A DNA stretch of 64,000 bases. Source: Eledone cirrhosa. Lineage: Eukaryota. How positions within the stretch are numbered: the first letter of the stretch is position 1; every line of letters starts with the position of its first letter. Positions 11,072 through 24,612 of the stretch are shown piece by piece. The stretch spans positions 9,238,001 through 9,302,000 of the forward strand of contig OZ024743.1 in the NCBI GenBank assembly GCA_964016885.1, in the 5' to 3' direction. The translations under genes were made by a program, and so were the position numbers. The notes under the pieces are model-generated. The model was not told the DNA's origin, did no database searches, and saw only the letters and a list, made by a program, of their open reading frames with translations.

Positions 11072-12881
11072 ATATATATATATATATATATTAATTTCAA
11101 CAATGTCGGTATTCCGTGTGTCATAATTCTCGATTATCATTGGTTCGTAGGTTTCAAACGATTCTGCCCACCTCAACGACACCAAACTTAAATTAATATG
11201 CATAATGCCAATGAGGGAGTGAGAAGGGAGAGTAAGAAACAGAGAGGCAAAGTGAACGCTGTATATGTATATGTGTCAGTGTAGAGACATGTGTGTGATG
11301 TGTGTGGAAATAAGATGGGAAGGAAAGCAATAACTATTAATATGTGTGCGTGTGTATGTACGTGCGCATATGTTTATGTGTGTGTGCGTGCGTGCAGCGT
11401 TCCACAGAAAGTAAAAACTATCAACATGTGTGCGTGTGTGTAAGTGCACGGGTGGATGTGTAAGTTTGCGTGCGTGTGCGCGTTTCCATGCGTGTATGTG
11501 TGTGTACGTGCGGCGTTCCACAATGGCCACGCAGTTTATCTGTCTGTGTGCCTGTCTGTCAGTCTAACATACACAGAGTTGTGAAGGGAGTAAATAGGGA
11601 CCTTTTTTTTTACATTGACGGACATCTTTTATATCTATTATTGTGTCATTTTTTGACAATTGCTCGAAATGAATACTGATAATAAAAGCAATTCGACTTT
11701 ATCAAACAGTGAACTACAGCGGCGACGGCGTGTAGCCAGGAATGAAGAAAAACGGGCCGAACAGCGCCATCGGAACGCCGAACTTCAGAGGCGAAGACGG
11801 GCCGCCATGAATGAAGAGGAGCTGGCTGAACAACGCCAACGAAACACTGGAGCCAAGCAGCGACGGCGTGCTGCGATGGTTGAAGAGGAGCTGGCTGAGC
11901 ATCATCAGCAGAGGGACGGAATTCAGCAGCAACGGCGTGCTGCGATGGATGAAGAGGAGCTGGCTGAACAGCGTCAGCGCAATACAGAAGTTCAGAGAAT
12001 ATATCGCCAAAGTGCTCCTCATTCCAGTAAAGAAGCTAGAAGGCGAACGGATTATATTAAAAATGGATCATGGCAACCGTGTCATTTTCAGATTGGTGGA
12101 CGAGCAGAGTATCCACATTGTGGAGCATTGCTTTGGAGGCACGAAAAGACGTGGACCACAATGTGCTGTCATAAAGGAGCAGTTCAACTAGAACCCTTGC
12201 GAATGCCGGATGATGAGGAGTCACCAGAGTTTAAAATACTAAGTATGTGGGGGTGATCAAGGAGACTGAGGTAGATTACTGCGCAAATATTCGCGGCAAA
12301 TTAACAATTCATTAGCTTTAGCATCGCAGAGAGTTAGTGAGATGCTTGAGAGTGGAGCATGGCAACCGAATGTAGTCATTCAAGGCCGTTTGTATCATTG
12401 TATCGGTAATTTAGAAGTTACCCCAGGAGAGAGGCCTCGATTCGCTCAAATTTACGTTAACGATCCAGATTATAGTGAATAGGGACCTTTTTTTACATTG
12501 ACGGACATCTTTTATATTAATTATCTATATATACATCTACATATAATCTAAAAGATTGAAACTTCCATCATCCTTTTAAGAAACGTGGAACAACCACGTC
12601 TATCCAATGATTCACGTTTTACAGTCAGGCAGAAGATGAACCATCTCCTAGAGGTCACTATTCTAGGTGGGAGCACCTAGAATTGTTCATATACTATGCA
12701 CAAACGGTACAACGAAGAATTTGGTATATCTGGAAGATTTTTTTACTGTCTTTTGTATCACACAGACACCACGGACTCGCCTCATACTGTAACCAGACAA
12801 ACATCCAATACAGTCATTTTCTCTTTTAACTGTCTTCTCTTATAATCTGTTTACCCGGGCGAAGCTGGGTACGTCGGCTAG
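11072..12881 (+). mobile_element. Internally deleted Helitron (RepHel N-terminal and helicase C-terminal fragments)
   Basis: 11660-12480 encodes coiled-coil repeats, PHCGALLWRHEK..MCCHKGAVQL, then after a frameshift YSRQINNSLALAS..IQGRLYHCIGNL..PRFAQIYVNDP. 12545-12740 encodes IILLRN..PRLSNDSRF..ILGG...TKNLVY. The 3' hairpin cccgggcgaagctggg precedes CTAG|T at 12878-12881. The 5' end is approximate. Confidence 0.88.
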
Positions 12882-12885
12882 TATA

Positions 12886-13628
12886 TAGGGTGTCCCAAAA
12901 AATTTGACATCATTTCGCAGGCCAATAATTTTGTCAATTCTTGTTGAAATAACCTCAAATTTTCACAGAATGTATAGAAACAGATCAAGATTTTATATTT
13001 AATGTTTTATATTTTTCTCTTTTCAGGTTGAAAAATGCTGTTCACTTCCAAAGAAAAGTCAATTTTGCGTCTTGGAATATGCTCGAACACAGTCACCCAA
13101 GACTGTGCAGCGTGCCTTCAATGAAAATTTTGGAAAAAAGTCACCAACTGGCTAACAAATTTGGACCTGGTACCAAAAAGTTAAAGAGGAAGGCTGCTTA
13201 TGCAGGGCTAAAGGATCTGGAAGACCATCATCAACATCAGAAGAGAAGGTCCAGCAAGTTCGTGAAAAACTCTTGCGAAGCCCCAAGAAGTCCGTAAGGA
13301 GAACAAGTTTGGAAACCCAGATTCCTCGAATGACGGTTTGGCGTATCCTGAGGATACTGTTAGCCAGTTGGTGACTTTTTACCAAATTTTGCATTGAAGG
13401 CACGCTGCACAATCTTGGGTGACTGTGTTCGAGCATATTCCAAGACGCAAAATGACTTTTCTTTGGAAGTGAACGGCATTTCTCAACCTGAAAAGAGAAA
13501 AATATAAAACATTAAATATAAAATCTTGATCTGTTTCTATACATTCTGGGAAAATTTGAGGTTATTTCAATAAGAATTGACAAAATTATTGGCCTGCGAA
13601 ATGATGTCAATTATTTTGGGACACCCTG
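12886..13628 (+). mobile_element. Tc1/mariner-type DNA transposon, fold-back deletion derivative
   Basis: TA-flanked ends (c/t)agggtgtccc...gggacaccctg. 12886-13156 is inverted at 13358-13628. Frameshifted N-terminal HTH: F.SKEK..CVLEYARTQSPKTVQRAF...IWTWY..K.EGCLCRAKGSGRPS...SPKKSVRRTSLETQIPRMTVWRILR. Confidence 0.9.
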
Positions 13629-14366
13629 TATATATATATTTATCTTTATCTTTCTGTGTTCGTTTGACATTGTGCATGTATTAGTTGACCCACTCGTTTT
13701 TATTCATATTTCAAATCTACTGTAATCGTTTCAGCGTATTACTGAGCTGAACGGGAAATCAATTGAAAACCCTATATTCACTTTTAGACTTTCTGTCTAG
13801 TGAATATTTCCTAGAAGTAGATTTAAATTCTCCCAGACTAACTTTTCCAAAATATTTTTATTGATGTTTTACCTCTCTCACTTTCAAAATAATGCAAATG
13901 CTGGAATGAACATTAAAACAACATTAACTTAGAATATTTCCCTGAAAATTAACATATGAATTTTTGGATCAATAATCGGCATATTAGCTTTCATTTTAAA
14001 GGGTATGTCTTTGTAACTCAGGGACCAGAAATAACAAAATACCCGATGAACAAAAGGCATAGAACACTTTCACATAACAACAAGGGTGAAGTATTATATG
14101 CTTTGTCTTAGAAATGTTTTGCATATATATATTGTTTCGCTTACAGATTGTATTTCTAAAAATTGTATATTACCTATTTCAAATTTTTAAACTTCAGTTT
14201 TTTGTTAAATCATTACTTAAATATTTAATAACGTAATCCTGTGTAATGTTGAATGGGTTGACTGATGTATTATATGTATGATCTGGTTCTTTTAAAAAAA
14301 AAAGATTCTTACAATAGAGAATGATACGGCTTACTTCATTGGAATTTAAACATCAACAAAGAAGTC

Positions 14367-14449
14367 ATGTATGTATGTATGTATGTATGTATGTATGTAT
14401 GTATGTATGTATGTATGTATGTATGTATGTATGTATGTATGTATGTATG
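14367..14449. repeat. (ATGT)n microsatellite
   Basis: Seen directly. Confidence 0.95.
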
Positions 14450-15553
14450 TCAGGTCACCAGTTGGTACTACTGGTAACATGTATCCCAGTACAACCTGTC
14501 CCATGGTCGGGTCGTTGGCGACTAAACTGGCAACCCCACCAAGGTTTCTTGGTGAGGCGGGTGACTTTGGACATCCTGCAGGTCTAAAAACAAAACCTGT
14601 CAAAGGGCAAAGGAGCTCTTAAGAGTCAATGGCCATCCAAAATCACCGGGAGAGATGACCCCTTAGCCTTTGTCAAGGCAGAATTCTAGAAGGAAAACTC
14701 TGATATAACACCTGCAACCCTGATGGTATCCAATGATGTTGACTTGTTCTTCTTGACGGCACAGGCATTGATTTATATATGGAGATCTCTCTGCACTTGT
14801 CATCACAGGGTACAATGGGCCCAGCACTATGTGTCAGTAATTGTCACAAGTGTAGTGTTTGTGCCAGAGTTTTCAAGTCGCTGGCTGGACTAAAAAGTCA
14901 CACTCGTTCAGCGCATCAGTAGGGGTTCTCCTACATGGATATAAAGTAGTGGCCGTACTCGAAAACGAGTTGGCAGCCACCATGTATGTATGTAAAAAGC
15001 CTTCAAATTAGAGGCTGGCCGTAGCCTAAAAGTGCACCAAACTCTATAATCTGACAAGCGATTGCAATACTCTTAGAAGAGTTTGCAGCTATCATGTATG
15101 TATGTATGTGCGGAAGAACTCATAAGAGTCAACGGCCATCCAAAAGTGTGTAAATATGTATATATACATGTACATAGGAATGTATATGCAGGGGGACATA
15201 GAAATAGTCGGGCTGGATACCCGATCGCGCGGTTAAACCACTGGGAGTGAATAACCCCTAGCCTTTGTCAGGGCATTCTTCTAGGAGAAGGCAACTCAGG
15301 AGACTGGAATAACTACGATATAAAACCTGCGGCTCTGTAGCTACCGATGATGTTGATCTTTTCTTCTTTTCGGGTTATAGCTACTGTCACTCAGAGAGTG
15401 GGATTGGCTCAGTGCACAGTCTTTCCTCACTTTAACAAATATCTTCTTCACGCACAGGCATTGCTCGATAGAATTAGTTAATAATTATTAATAATGGTAT
15501 ATCGTGCAATGGTCATACTCGATAACGAGGGGTCAGCCATCATGTATGTATGT
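14450..15553 (+). mobile_element. Three tandem RTE-derived non-autonomous elements (14450-14993, 14994-15109, 15110-15553)
   Basis: RTE-like 5'UTR motifs (actaaactggcaaccc, ctag(g)agaagg.aaactc) and a terminal C2H2 finger HKCSVCARVFKSLAGLKSHTRSAH*. All three share a 3' end: tactc..gag..cagc.a.catgtatgtatgt. Confidence 0.7.
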
Positions 15554-16417
15554 AGAATAACATAAACGTACTGAGAGCTTATTACTCTCACATATGTAGA
15601 CACACACATAAACACAAGAAAATATGTAAAGATTCAGCTGTCAGATTTGACGATAAGTTTTCCAGCATCATAACACTTTACAAAATAACATTTTTTACGA
15701 CAAAAACAGTCAATTGAGAAATCAAGTAATGGAATGGAAAATAATAAAATATAAAAAAAAACCCGAAAAAGGAAGGGAAAGGCAAGGGCTCTAGTGTCAC
15801 AGAAAAATGGGGAGGGTGAGGGTGGAGGTCATTGAGCTCTAGCCCTAGGGCGTGGTGGTAATGGGGCTGCGCCCCATGGACAGGACCGCAAAAGCATTCC
15901 CGCGAACAATTGCCAACGACACCCTCTATTTATTCAGAGAGTTATAGTGTATCATTAATGTAATTAACAAGTAGAATCAGAGTGACACAGTGTCTAACAA
16001 GGCTTGGCTTTTGAATTACTTTACAGTCAACTCGGGGTTTTATCATAGTCTTATTCTACTTTAGCGAATTGAGCTTCACCAGCTTGCGTTTTAGTAAACA
16101 CACACCACACGTACCTAAGGTACCATGCAGTGGGATAGAACCCAGGAACTCGCAAATGTATAGTGAATTTGTGAACCACTAAGTCTTGCTTGACTGTGCG
16201 TAAACTTATACAGACACACTCACAACCACACGCTTATATATTAAGCGGGAAACTAATGATATTTTTCTCAATTGTACTGTGTCGTTTGCTTTGTTATTTC
16301 TGTTTGCCTTTTGCACATACACACACATGTACACACACACACATACATATACACACACATATTTATATATATATACACATATACATACATACATACATAC
16401 ATACATACATACATACA

Positions 16418-16504
<87 letters not shown>

Positions 16505-17071
16505 ATAATACACCCTAGAATCTATAGTATTTCTCCTAAATGTAGGCAAAGAGTTTGCTGATCAGAAAATCTTCCCAAACAAACTTGACTGTTAGATTAA
16601 TAACACAGATAAGATTTGTTACTCTTTCAGTCAACCGAATTATGGAGTTTTACGCAATGAAAGAATGCTTATATAGAAGATGCAAATGAATCGATCAATC
16701 AATTCCCTCCTCGCTTTCAGTGTTTAAGACATGTAATTTACATCAATACCAGACTTCTCCGGTTTTTTATTTATTCACTTCCTCCTTTGCCTTTCACTGA
16801 TGTCTTTAATTTTCATTTCACTGAAATTATTTCCCCACTCTTTCTCCTGACCTCTTGTAAATATTTCGACTATGTTCAGGAAGAAATCGTTTCGAAGTAC
16901 ACTCCATTCGATATTTCCTATTCTTGGGGATGTTGAAGCAGTGCAGACTCATAGCTGGTTATAAATAGATGGAAGAATTGTGATATATTGATAAAGAAAA
17001 ACAAAGAGGGAAAAGATAATATATATACGCATGTGTGTCTATGTCTGTGTGTGTGTATGTATATATGTATG

Positions 17072-17159
<88 letters not shown>

Positions 17160-18299
17160 TTTATACATATATATATATAATGAGAGAGAGAGAGAAAGAG
17201 AGAGGAGTGTGAGAGAGAAAGGGGGAGTGAGGGAGAGAGATAGAAGGAAAGGTGGAGAGAAAGAGAAGGGGAAAAGTGGGAGATAGAGAAGGGGAATATA
17301 GAATGTAAGTAAGAAATAGAACAAGTAATTACACAGTTTAATTAGAGAAAATCGTCCGAACAAAGGCATTGGAAATGTAAAAGTTTTCCACTAATATTTC
17401 TATTCTTATAAGATTAATTCAATATATGTTAGAAGTGCATCACCAGAGACTGGATTAGATAAAGTTATAAACATGGTGATGTTAATTGTCCAATGTCTTA
17501 CGATAATGTAGTAATAGAAATGATTACGAATGTTGTCGAATCACTAATAAATGCAATGAGGTTGGGCTTTAAGACCATAGATGTAAATGCATTAATTCTG
17601 AAAGGCTTTATAAAAGTGAACAATTCTCATATAGTGAATCATTTTCATTTTCAATATTTATTAAGATGCTTAAATTCTATAGACTTAGCAACAAGGTTAG
17701 TAGGTTTATATTCCATCACTAGTGCTGTGCTGGTCTTGTTACAAAGAGAACTGTCACCGATTAGTTTATTATCTGGTACATAAAGACTTAAGAACTACCT
17801 TTGTTGTTTTTGTTCTTAATTGAGCCACCTCTATGATCAAAAGCATTCTAGCTTTGATAATCAGTTTTTTGTTTGTTTGTACTTGGCTAGATTAACCAAT
17901 GCATCATTCCCTCTCTAAGACGTTAGAATGTGAACTGGGGAAAATTTGGTTGCTATGTCCAACAAGTGGAGTGATTGAACGCCTGGAAGCGGGAACCATA
18001 GCCGGTTGTTGGTCAAAATTGCCCGAAACTTAAGACAATCATCAGCCCCATAAAGACGAGGCATATGTCAGCTTTCAGTGGGAAGAACGTAGGTAGAGAT
18101 ATGCTTGCATAGCCAAGATATATTTCCAAAAAAACTGATCAATTATAAATTATGAGACGTAGTGTGGCTGTCTGTCAATCTGACGATGATACTATCTCTC
18201 TCAGTTCTACTGTGGCCTTCATTGAATTTGCAGATCTGATACAAGGTTAATATGAAATAGATAGATCCGAGAAAAAACCCGACATTAATGAAGAACTGC

Positions 18300-19845
18300 A
18301 TTTTTGATGTTCTGTGATTAAATCTTTCAATGGTGACGGGCTGTTCTCCACCACCTCTATGGCCTGGTATTGCAGGCAGCAAAAAGCGGTTGCACACAAT
18401 TGTAAATGACCTTTCTCCACACCTTCCGATCTGCAGCAAGTCTCTCAAAGTCTTTGATAGGAATTGCACAGGCAGTGAAGATGTGCTTTAGTTGCTCTTT
18501 CTGAAGCTCATTAGCGCTACTACATTGGCGAGAGCTCTCTGTTAATTCACCATATAAAATTCTCCTGAGCAGCCGGTCTAGCGAAAATGATTATTGCTTC
18601 CACACTGATAGATTGTGCACACCTGGGAATTTAAGTATTAAAACGTTATTTCTTCCAACTGATTCCAAAGATACATTACAGTCAGAGAACGTAAAGGTCT
18701 TTCAATGTTCAGATTCGTTTCCAATAGAGGATCTATGCTTTGAATTTTTATAATAGTCAATATAAAAGCACTTGGTAAACAGTACCTTCGTAGAATAGTG
18801 GTGGCTCCTGTTCAAAAAGACACATTTACATCGGAGCTCAAACGCTGCAGAGGCTTCTTTGATTTTTTTTTTATTAAGCTCCACAGTCAACATTGTGTCA
18901 CCAAAGATACACAAAAGAAGTCTGGTCTAGGGCTTGTTTTTATTTATAGAAATATCGGTGAGAAGTGCAGGATTTGGCTCAACAGAAGTTTACTGCGTCA
19001 AAATCTTCCGAGCGCTCAACTCCAATCCCATCCACTGATTGGCTGAAATTAGGAATACAACCATTCTTTGTAAACTGTCTGAATACCATTGACAAAAAAC
19101 TAGATCGGGCAGAAAATCTACGGAAATTGAGAAAATGTCCGTCTAAGCAACATCTCCCACTGGTTACCTGACAGAAAGAGAATAATCTATGAAGGTGCAA
19201 ACATTCTATACACAAAAACAATTTTTTTGTTTTGATTGTGCTTTTTAGATTTCCAATCACTAGTTGTGGTGTCCTGGCCGATCACGAGATGAAGCAAGCT
19301 CCTTTTAGGACACCCTTTTTTCGTCGACTACCAAATCCCAGTAGGAGTTAAATAAAGCCACTTAGCCAGCTCACCAGGAGACAACTGAAGTATTTATCCG
19401 AAGATATATTTAGAAACGACTATTATACCAAAACAGACACATGTAACTCCTTAACGTAAGGCTTGAGATATGAGATAGAGGAGAAAGATAATGCTTATAA
19501 TGGTTATAGATTTGATCATTTGTCGGTTATTCACGTTGTAAGCAAGTATGCAAAATGACAGCGAAGACTGGAACTTGCAGAAAGATGTGGAGTCTCAGGT
19601 TTATATTAACACACCTAACTTATGCCATCAATAATTTAAATACCCCTTTACTCGCAAACCACCCTAGGAGTTTTGCAGAATGCTTTAAATTCAGTTTATC
19701 AGCCTTGTTGGTTTCATTACTCATTATGGCTCATTCGACTGGTGCTTCAACCTATATTTCAATTGTTATATATATCTACAAGACATTCCCCAACCCGCCA
19801 CGCAGAAGACGCTCCAAGGACATTGGAGCTTTCATATCACCAACT
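18300..19845 (-). mobile_element. Highly decayed RTE-clade LINE
   Basis: Minus-strand fragments DRLLRRILYGELTE.../KEQLKHIFTACAI..DFERLAADRKVWRKVI, plus weaker RT-like traces (KGVLKGAC; KAP..LE.LLRGG). Confidence 0.6.
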
Positions 19846-21079
19846 CATTGAATTGAACATTGTCAAACATAAATAAATGGTGTCAGCTTTCTTTACAATG
19901 ACTAGAAATAAATATCACCATCATTCCTGAAACCATTATTCGATTGCGTTGTTCTTTAGCCATAGGTAAGTTCTGATTACGCTAATCATTGATCAATATA
20001 TATCTATTTAAAGGAAATATTGAGATTAGAGGAGATTGTATTGCTATTTCTAGCATGTTGAGTAATTGTATAGAAGCTTCTTTATTGTTATATCACTTTC
20101 AAGATGTGAGACCATATTTCTTTCTTTCTTTTTTCTTTCTTTCTTTCATTCCTGCTTTCTTTCTTTTTTTCTTTCTTTACAATGCAAATTCAGTTCGCTA
20201 TGTCTTTATCTCCTTTTTTCCGTATTTTCCTTTCCACTTACTGCATCTTTCTCTTCTCACTAACAAACATAGGAATAACTTAAATTTCACATTATGCTTC
20301 AATGCTTTGAAGCTTTGGAAAACTTTTTTCAGCAAAGATTTATGGCGTTGTGGATAAGCTGCACAGGCTCAGGGTCAGTCACATATTTTTAGAAGTGAGA
20401 AAAGAGATCCACATGTCGTACATAGCCCTGCAGGAACATTACTAAAGAATACATTAAAAAAAATTGTTACATTTGGGAGTCAAAATTAATTGACAGAATC
20501 AGCTAATTTATTTTCTATAAGAATCAGTTTTCAAAATACTTTGTTTCTTTTTAGATCTAACTAAAACGTTATCTTCTGAATTTACAGCATTTCTTTTACA
20601 GATTACTCTCAAATGTTACAATATAGACACAGACGTGGTTGCATAGTTAAGGAGTTAAGTTCGTAACCACATGGTTTTGGGTTAAGTCCTACAGTGTAGC
20701 AGTTTAGGTAAGGGATTTTCTTTTATACACGTGGGTTATCGACGTCTTGTCAGTAAAATATGGCAGATACATACTTAAAGTATGACAAATACAGATCTAT
20801 AGAATAAGCATTAGACGTGAAAAATATGTATTGATGTCAATAGGATCGACTAAAATCCTTTCAAGATTGTGGCCTATGATGAACAGTGAAATATAAAATA
20901 TTTACACATTTCATCACTCTACACAATGCTTGGTCACTGTGAAAGAAGAAATGTTTTAAGAGTGAAAATATGAGAAATAAAATATTTAGTATTGTCACCA
21001 TTCCAATGATGCAGACCTGGACGATGTGGGAGACCGTTCTTTGGTGTGTGGGAGTACATGCAGTGGCTGTCTCGTAGTT

Positions 21080-21571
21080 CCAGAAAACAGAATGGAGAAA
21101 AGGTTGACTCTGAGGATGGTGAGATAGAAGCGTTGGAATAATAACTTCCATCGTACAGGCTCGCTCTTGCGGGGTGGTGGTGGTGGGGTGGGGGGTAATT
21201 TCTCCAGTCCCGATAATAGTGTGTAGGGAGCTGGTCCAAGGACTAAGAGCGCCGGATATCTCCACTGCTAGAGTTTCGACGATAAATTATCGCAGAGCAA
21301 CCGATACTTCGAGAGCTAGACGAGCAGAGAAGTGTGGCTTAGTCGCCGAATGCATGGGGTTGCGACTGGAGAATGTGTCTTTGCAAATAGCATCTCATAC
21401 GTGAGGCTTATCACCAAGGAGAGCGACGATAGTTATGCTAGCTGGCTTTTTGCCGTCTCTCGGTCCAACCCAGCTTGGTCAAGCTGACAGGGGGCGCTTG
21501 CGGCGTCCAAGCCATTTTTTATGATCTCGTTGAGAGCAGCATGGTTTGGGAGGTGACCGAATCTGTAACGA
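21080..21571 (-). mobile_element. CRE-clade non-LTR retrotransposon 3' remnant (restriction-like endonuclease)
   Basis: CRYRFGHLPNHAALNEIIKNGLDAASAPCQLDQAGLDR/DGKKPASIT...DAICKDTF...LAVEISGALSP...QRFYLTILRVN resembles the CRE consensus HAALNDII...EP.GL.R.DGKRPDG...WD.TC.DT...AVET.G...QRLS.AIQRGN. Confidence 0.75.
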
Positions 21572-21582
21572 CATGATGAATT

Positions 21583-21700
21583 CATATGGGACCATGACCA
21601 TTGTAAACTGTATAGATCTATTGCTGTGTTGGACTCACAACATATGGGACCATGACCATTGTAAACTGTATCGATCTATTGCTGTGTTGGCCTCACAACA
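21583..21700. repeat. 58-bp tandem duplication
   Basis: catatgggaccatgaccattgtaaactgtat.gatctattgctgtgttgg.ctcacaa, two copies. Confidence 0.9.
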
Positions 21701-23010
21701 ATCACATCTCTTGATTGAAATAACTATAGTTTAACTTGGACAAATATATTTTACTACTGGTACCGACTAGTTTTAGTGATTGGGGCATTGAAGAATCTAA
21801 TGAGATATGTACTCCTAGCACCTCAGCCGGTTCTTCAATCCACAAATCACTAAAACTAATGCGATTGGTAGTCGGTGTTAGTACAAATTATAGTGTCGGT
21901 GTGATAGATAATCAATCATACACGTTTTGCATCATGGGTTATCATCTTTAGTGGTGTTTTCTAAGAAAATATATAAACTATAGACAAGAAACCTTCATTA
22001 ACGCAACATATCTAAAGATTCTTCACTAGATAACAAACAAAATAATTTGCAGAGGCTTGGAACAACAAATCAAGAGTTGATTATCTAATAGTTTAATCAT
22101 AGCACGATGTGTACTTTTGGAACATGTAAGAGTTGCTGTTAAAAATATACTATATATACCTGTAATAGGAAATAGATTTTATCATAAATATTCAAAATAT
22201 GATGAGGATAATTCCTTTTCTATCGAACTTTTATTTTTTCTAGTTTAGAGTTTGCTACAAACCAGCAAGTAGAATCACTGAAGCTGTTAAAATGTACACA
22301 TTCGTAAAATGTTATATATGCACTGAGGCAATGAAGTAAACTGCCAAGAAAAGACGTTATAAATTGCTATATTATTAAATTAAAAGCTTTCTTATGAGGA
22401 CGATATCAAAATCGATATTATTTCATTAAAGTAGAGTTAAGGTCGATTATGACAAAATTATTCAGTATAGAAAATCAAACAGTAAAAAACTGTCAAACAT
22501 TGATCAAGGCATCTTAACGGAAGATTAGCTCAAAGCAGGAAAACCTCCATTGAAGTTGAAAGCAATTGAGAAAACATACTATCTCACTATCAGAAAAATG
22601 ATTCCAGAACACGAGGGCGTTAGTGTTAATGAAAAGGCGATATTTTAAACGAAAAGGTGATAAAAAGCTGATATATTAAACCAAGAATAGAATTCTGCTA
22701 GTGAAGTTGATGTTGCTTATGATTAGCTTTAATGAAGCTAATAAAGATACTTATTTCCTCTTTTCACAAGCAGTTCAATTCCAAGTGTTTAATAATGTAT
22801 ATGGTCCATTAGAATCATGAACGTTTTTTTTTCTGTTTAAAGATATTAAAATAAAACATTTATATTAGAAACATTGTTTAAACTTTAATTACTTTTATAA
22901 TTAACAATAAAGAGTTATATGTATAAAAATACGTTACAGATTATATAGAATGTATACTTATTTTGATAATATATTTTCCATGAATTAGCCCATTTAAACT
23001 GTATATATAT

Positions 23011-23045
<35 letters not shown>

Positions 23046-23125
23046 AATATATATATATATATTGGTTGTAGATTTGTTGTTCGTAGAATCCCATGACTAA
23101 ATAATTTTCTTCTGTGAAAAGACAC

Positions 23126-23150
23126 ACCTACCACCACCACCACCACCACC

Positions 23151-23241
<91 letters not shown>

Positions 23242-23270
23242 TTACTACTACTACTAATACTAATACTACC
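23126..23270. repeat. Compound (CAC)n(TAC)n microsatellite
   Basis: Seen directly. Confidence 0.95.
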
Positions 23271-23549
23271 AGTCTTCTTCTCAACAAGAAAGATGAACAG
23301 ACTTTCTTCAACATATTTTTAATTCTTTTTAATTGTAATATTCAACATTTGATAAGATGGATTACACTAATACATCGAAATCCGTTATATTTTATATATT
23401 TTATAGACATTATAAAAGTCCTTTTTTGGGGAAAAAAATTGTTCCTCTAATTTTTTCAATAATGTCACTTTGACGAATCAAAGGAGAAAAAGAAAAAAAA
23501 AAAAGAAAAACATCCTTTAAATATATTTTTCATGTTATTTCCAATTCTA

Positions 23550-23590
<41 letters not shown>

Positions 23591-23598
23591 ATATATAT

Positions 23599-23792
23599 AA
23601 GTTGATACTAGTTCCACAGTTCGCGTGTTGATAGTCAAAGTTGGTACTAGTTCCACAGTTCGTATGTTGATAGTGAAAGTTGATACTAGTTCCACAGTTC
23701 ACGTGTTGATAGTCAAAGTTGGTATTAGTTCCACAGTTCGTGTGTTGATAGTCAAAGTTGGTACTAGTTCCACAGTTCGTATGTTGAAAGTC
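23599..23792. repeat. 39-bp minisatellite, ~5 copies
   Basis: Unit aagttg(a/g)tactagttccacagttcg(t/c)(a/g)tgttgatagtca. Confidence 0.9.
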
Positions 23793-24195
23793 GAAGCTGG
23801 AGTTCAAGTTCACAATTCGAGTTAGCGTATTGGATTGTTGGTTCTTAAAAAATTGTTGTTCCGTTACGTGTGGTTATTGCCGTTGGTTACGATTATATTG
23901 TTATTACACTATTGCAGTGTATTCGTTTACCCATAAGGACATAACATATAGAAATGCGAAGTCACCATCAACGGGCAGAGACATTCAGCAGGATTAAGCC
24001 CCACTCTACACACATGCCCAAGCACCGGCACCTCTTTCAAGAACCCACCTGTAGAGATCCCAGACCCACACACTACTCTCTCTCTGACACCTAATATATA
24101 CACCTATCACCAACCTACCACTATTCACCTGTAAGTTTAAGTGTTTTACTTCCCTTATATATGTGTGCAGATAGATTTAAACCTCATCTTCCCTA

Positions 24196-24612
24196 ATTAT
24201 TGTTTGGGCGGTGGTTTGGCAGTATCGGTAGAGGGTCGGACGCCATGCTTTGACGCATAGAGTTACTGACCTTGCCATTCTGAGTTCAAATCCCGCCGAG
24301 GTTAACTTTGCCTTTCATCCTTACTAGGTCGATAAAATAAAGTACCAGTAATGTACTGGGTTATTGCTGGCCTTGTGCCAAAAGTAGAAACAATTATTGT
24401 TTGGGTATATTAGGGCGGTGAATTGGCACTATCGGTTGAGGGTCGGACGCCATGATTCCAGCATAGTTACGTCCCTTTACGGTCTGAGTTCAAATGCCGT
24501 CGAGGTTAACTTTGCCTTTCATCCTTACGGGGTCGATAAAATAAAGCACCAGTAATGTACTGGGTAATTGCTGGCCTTGTGCCAAACGTAGAAACAATTA
24601 TTGTTTGGGTAT
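24196..24612 (+). mobile_element. Two tandem SINE family A copies
   Basis: Copies at ~24205-24398 and ~24412-24602; aattattgtttggg occurs three times at the junctions. Confidence 0.9.

Noticed and set aside
19900-19971. Consensus splice donor AG|GTAAGT at ~19965
   Set aside because: No convincing acceptor or partner exon; expected by chance in 64 kb.
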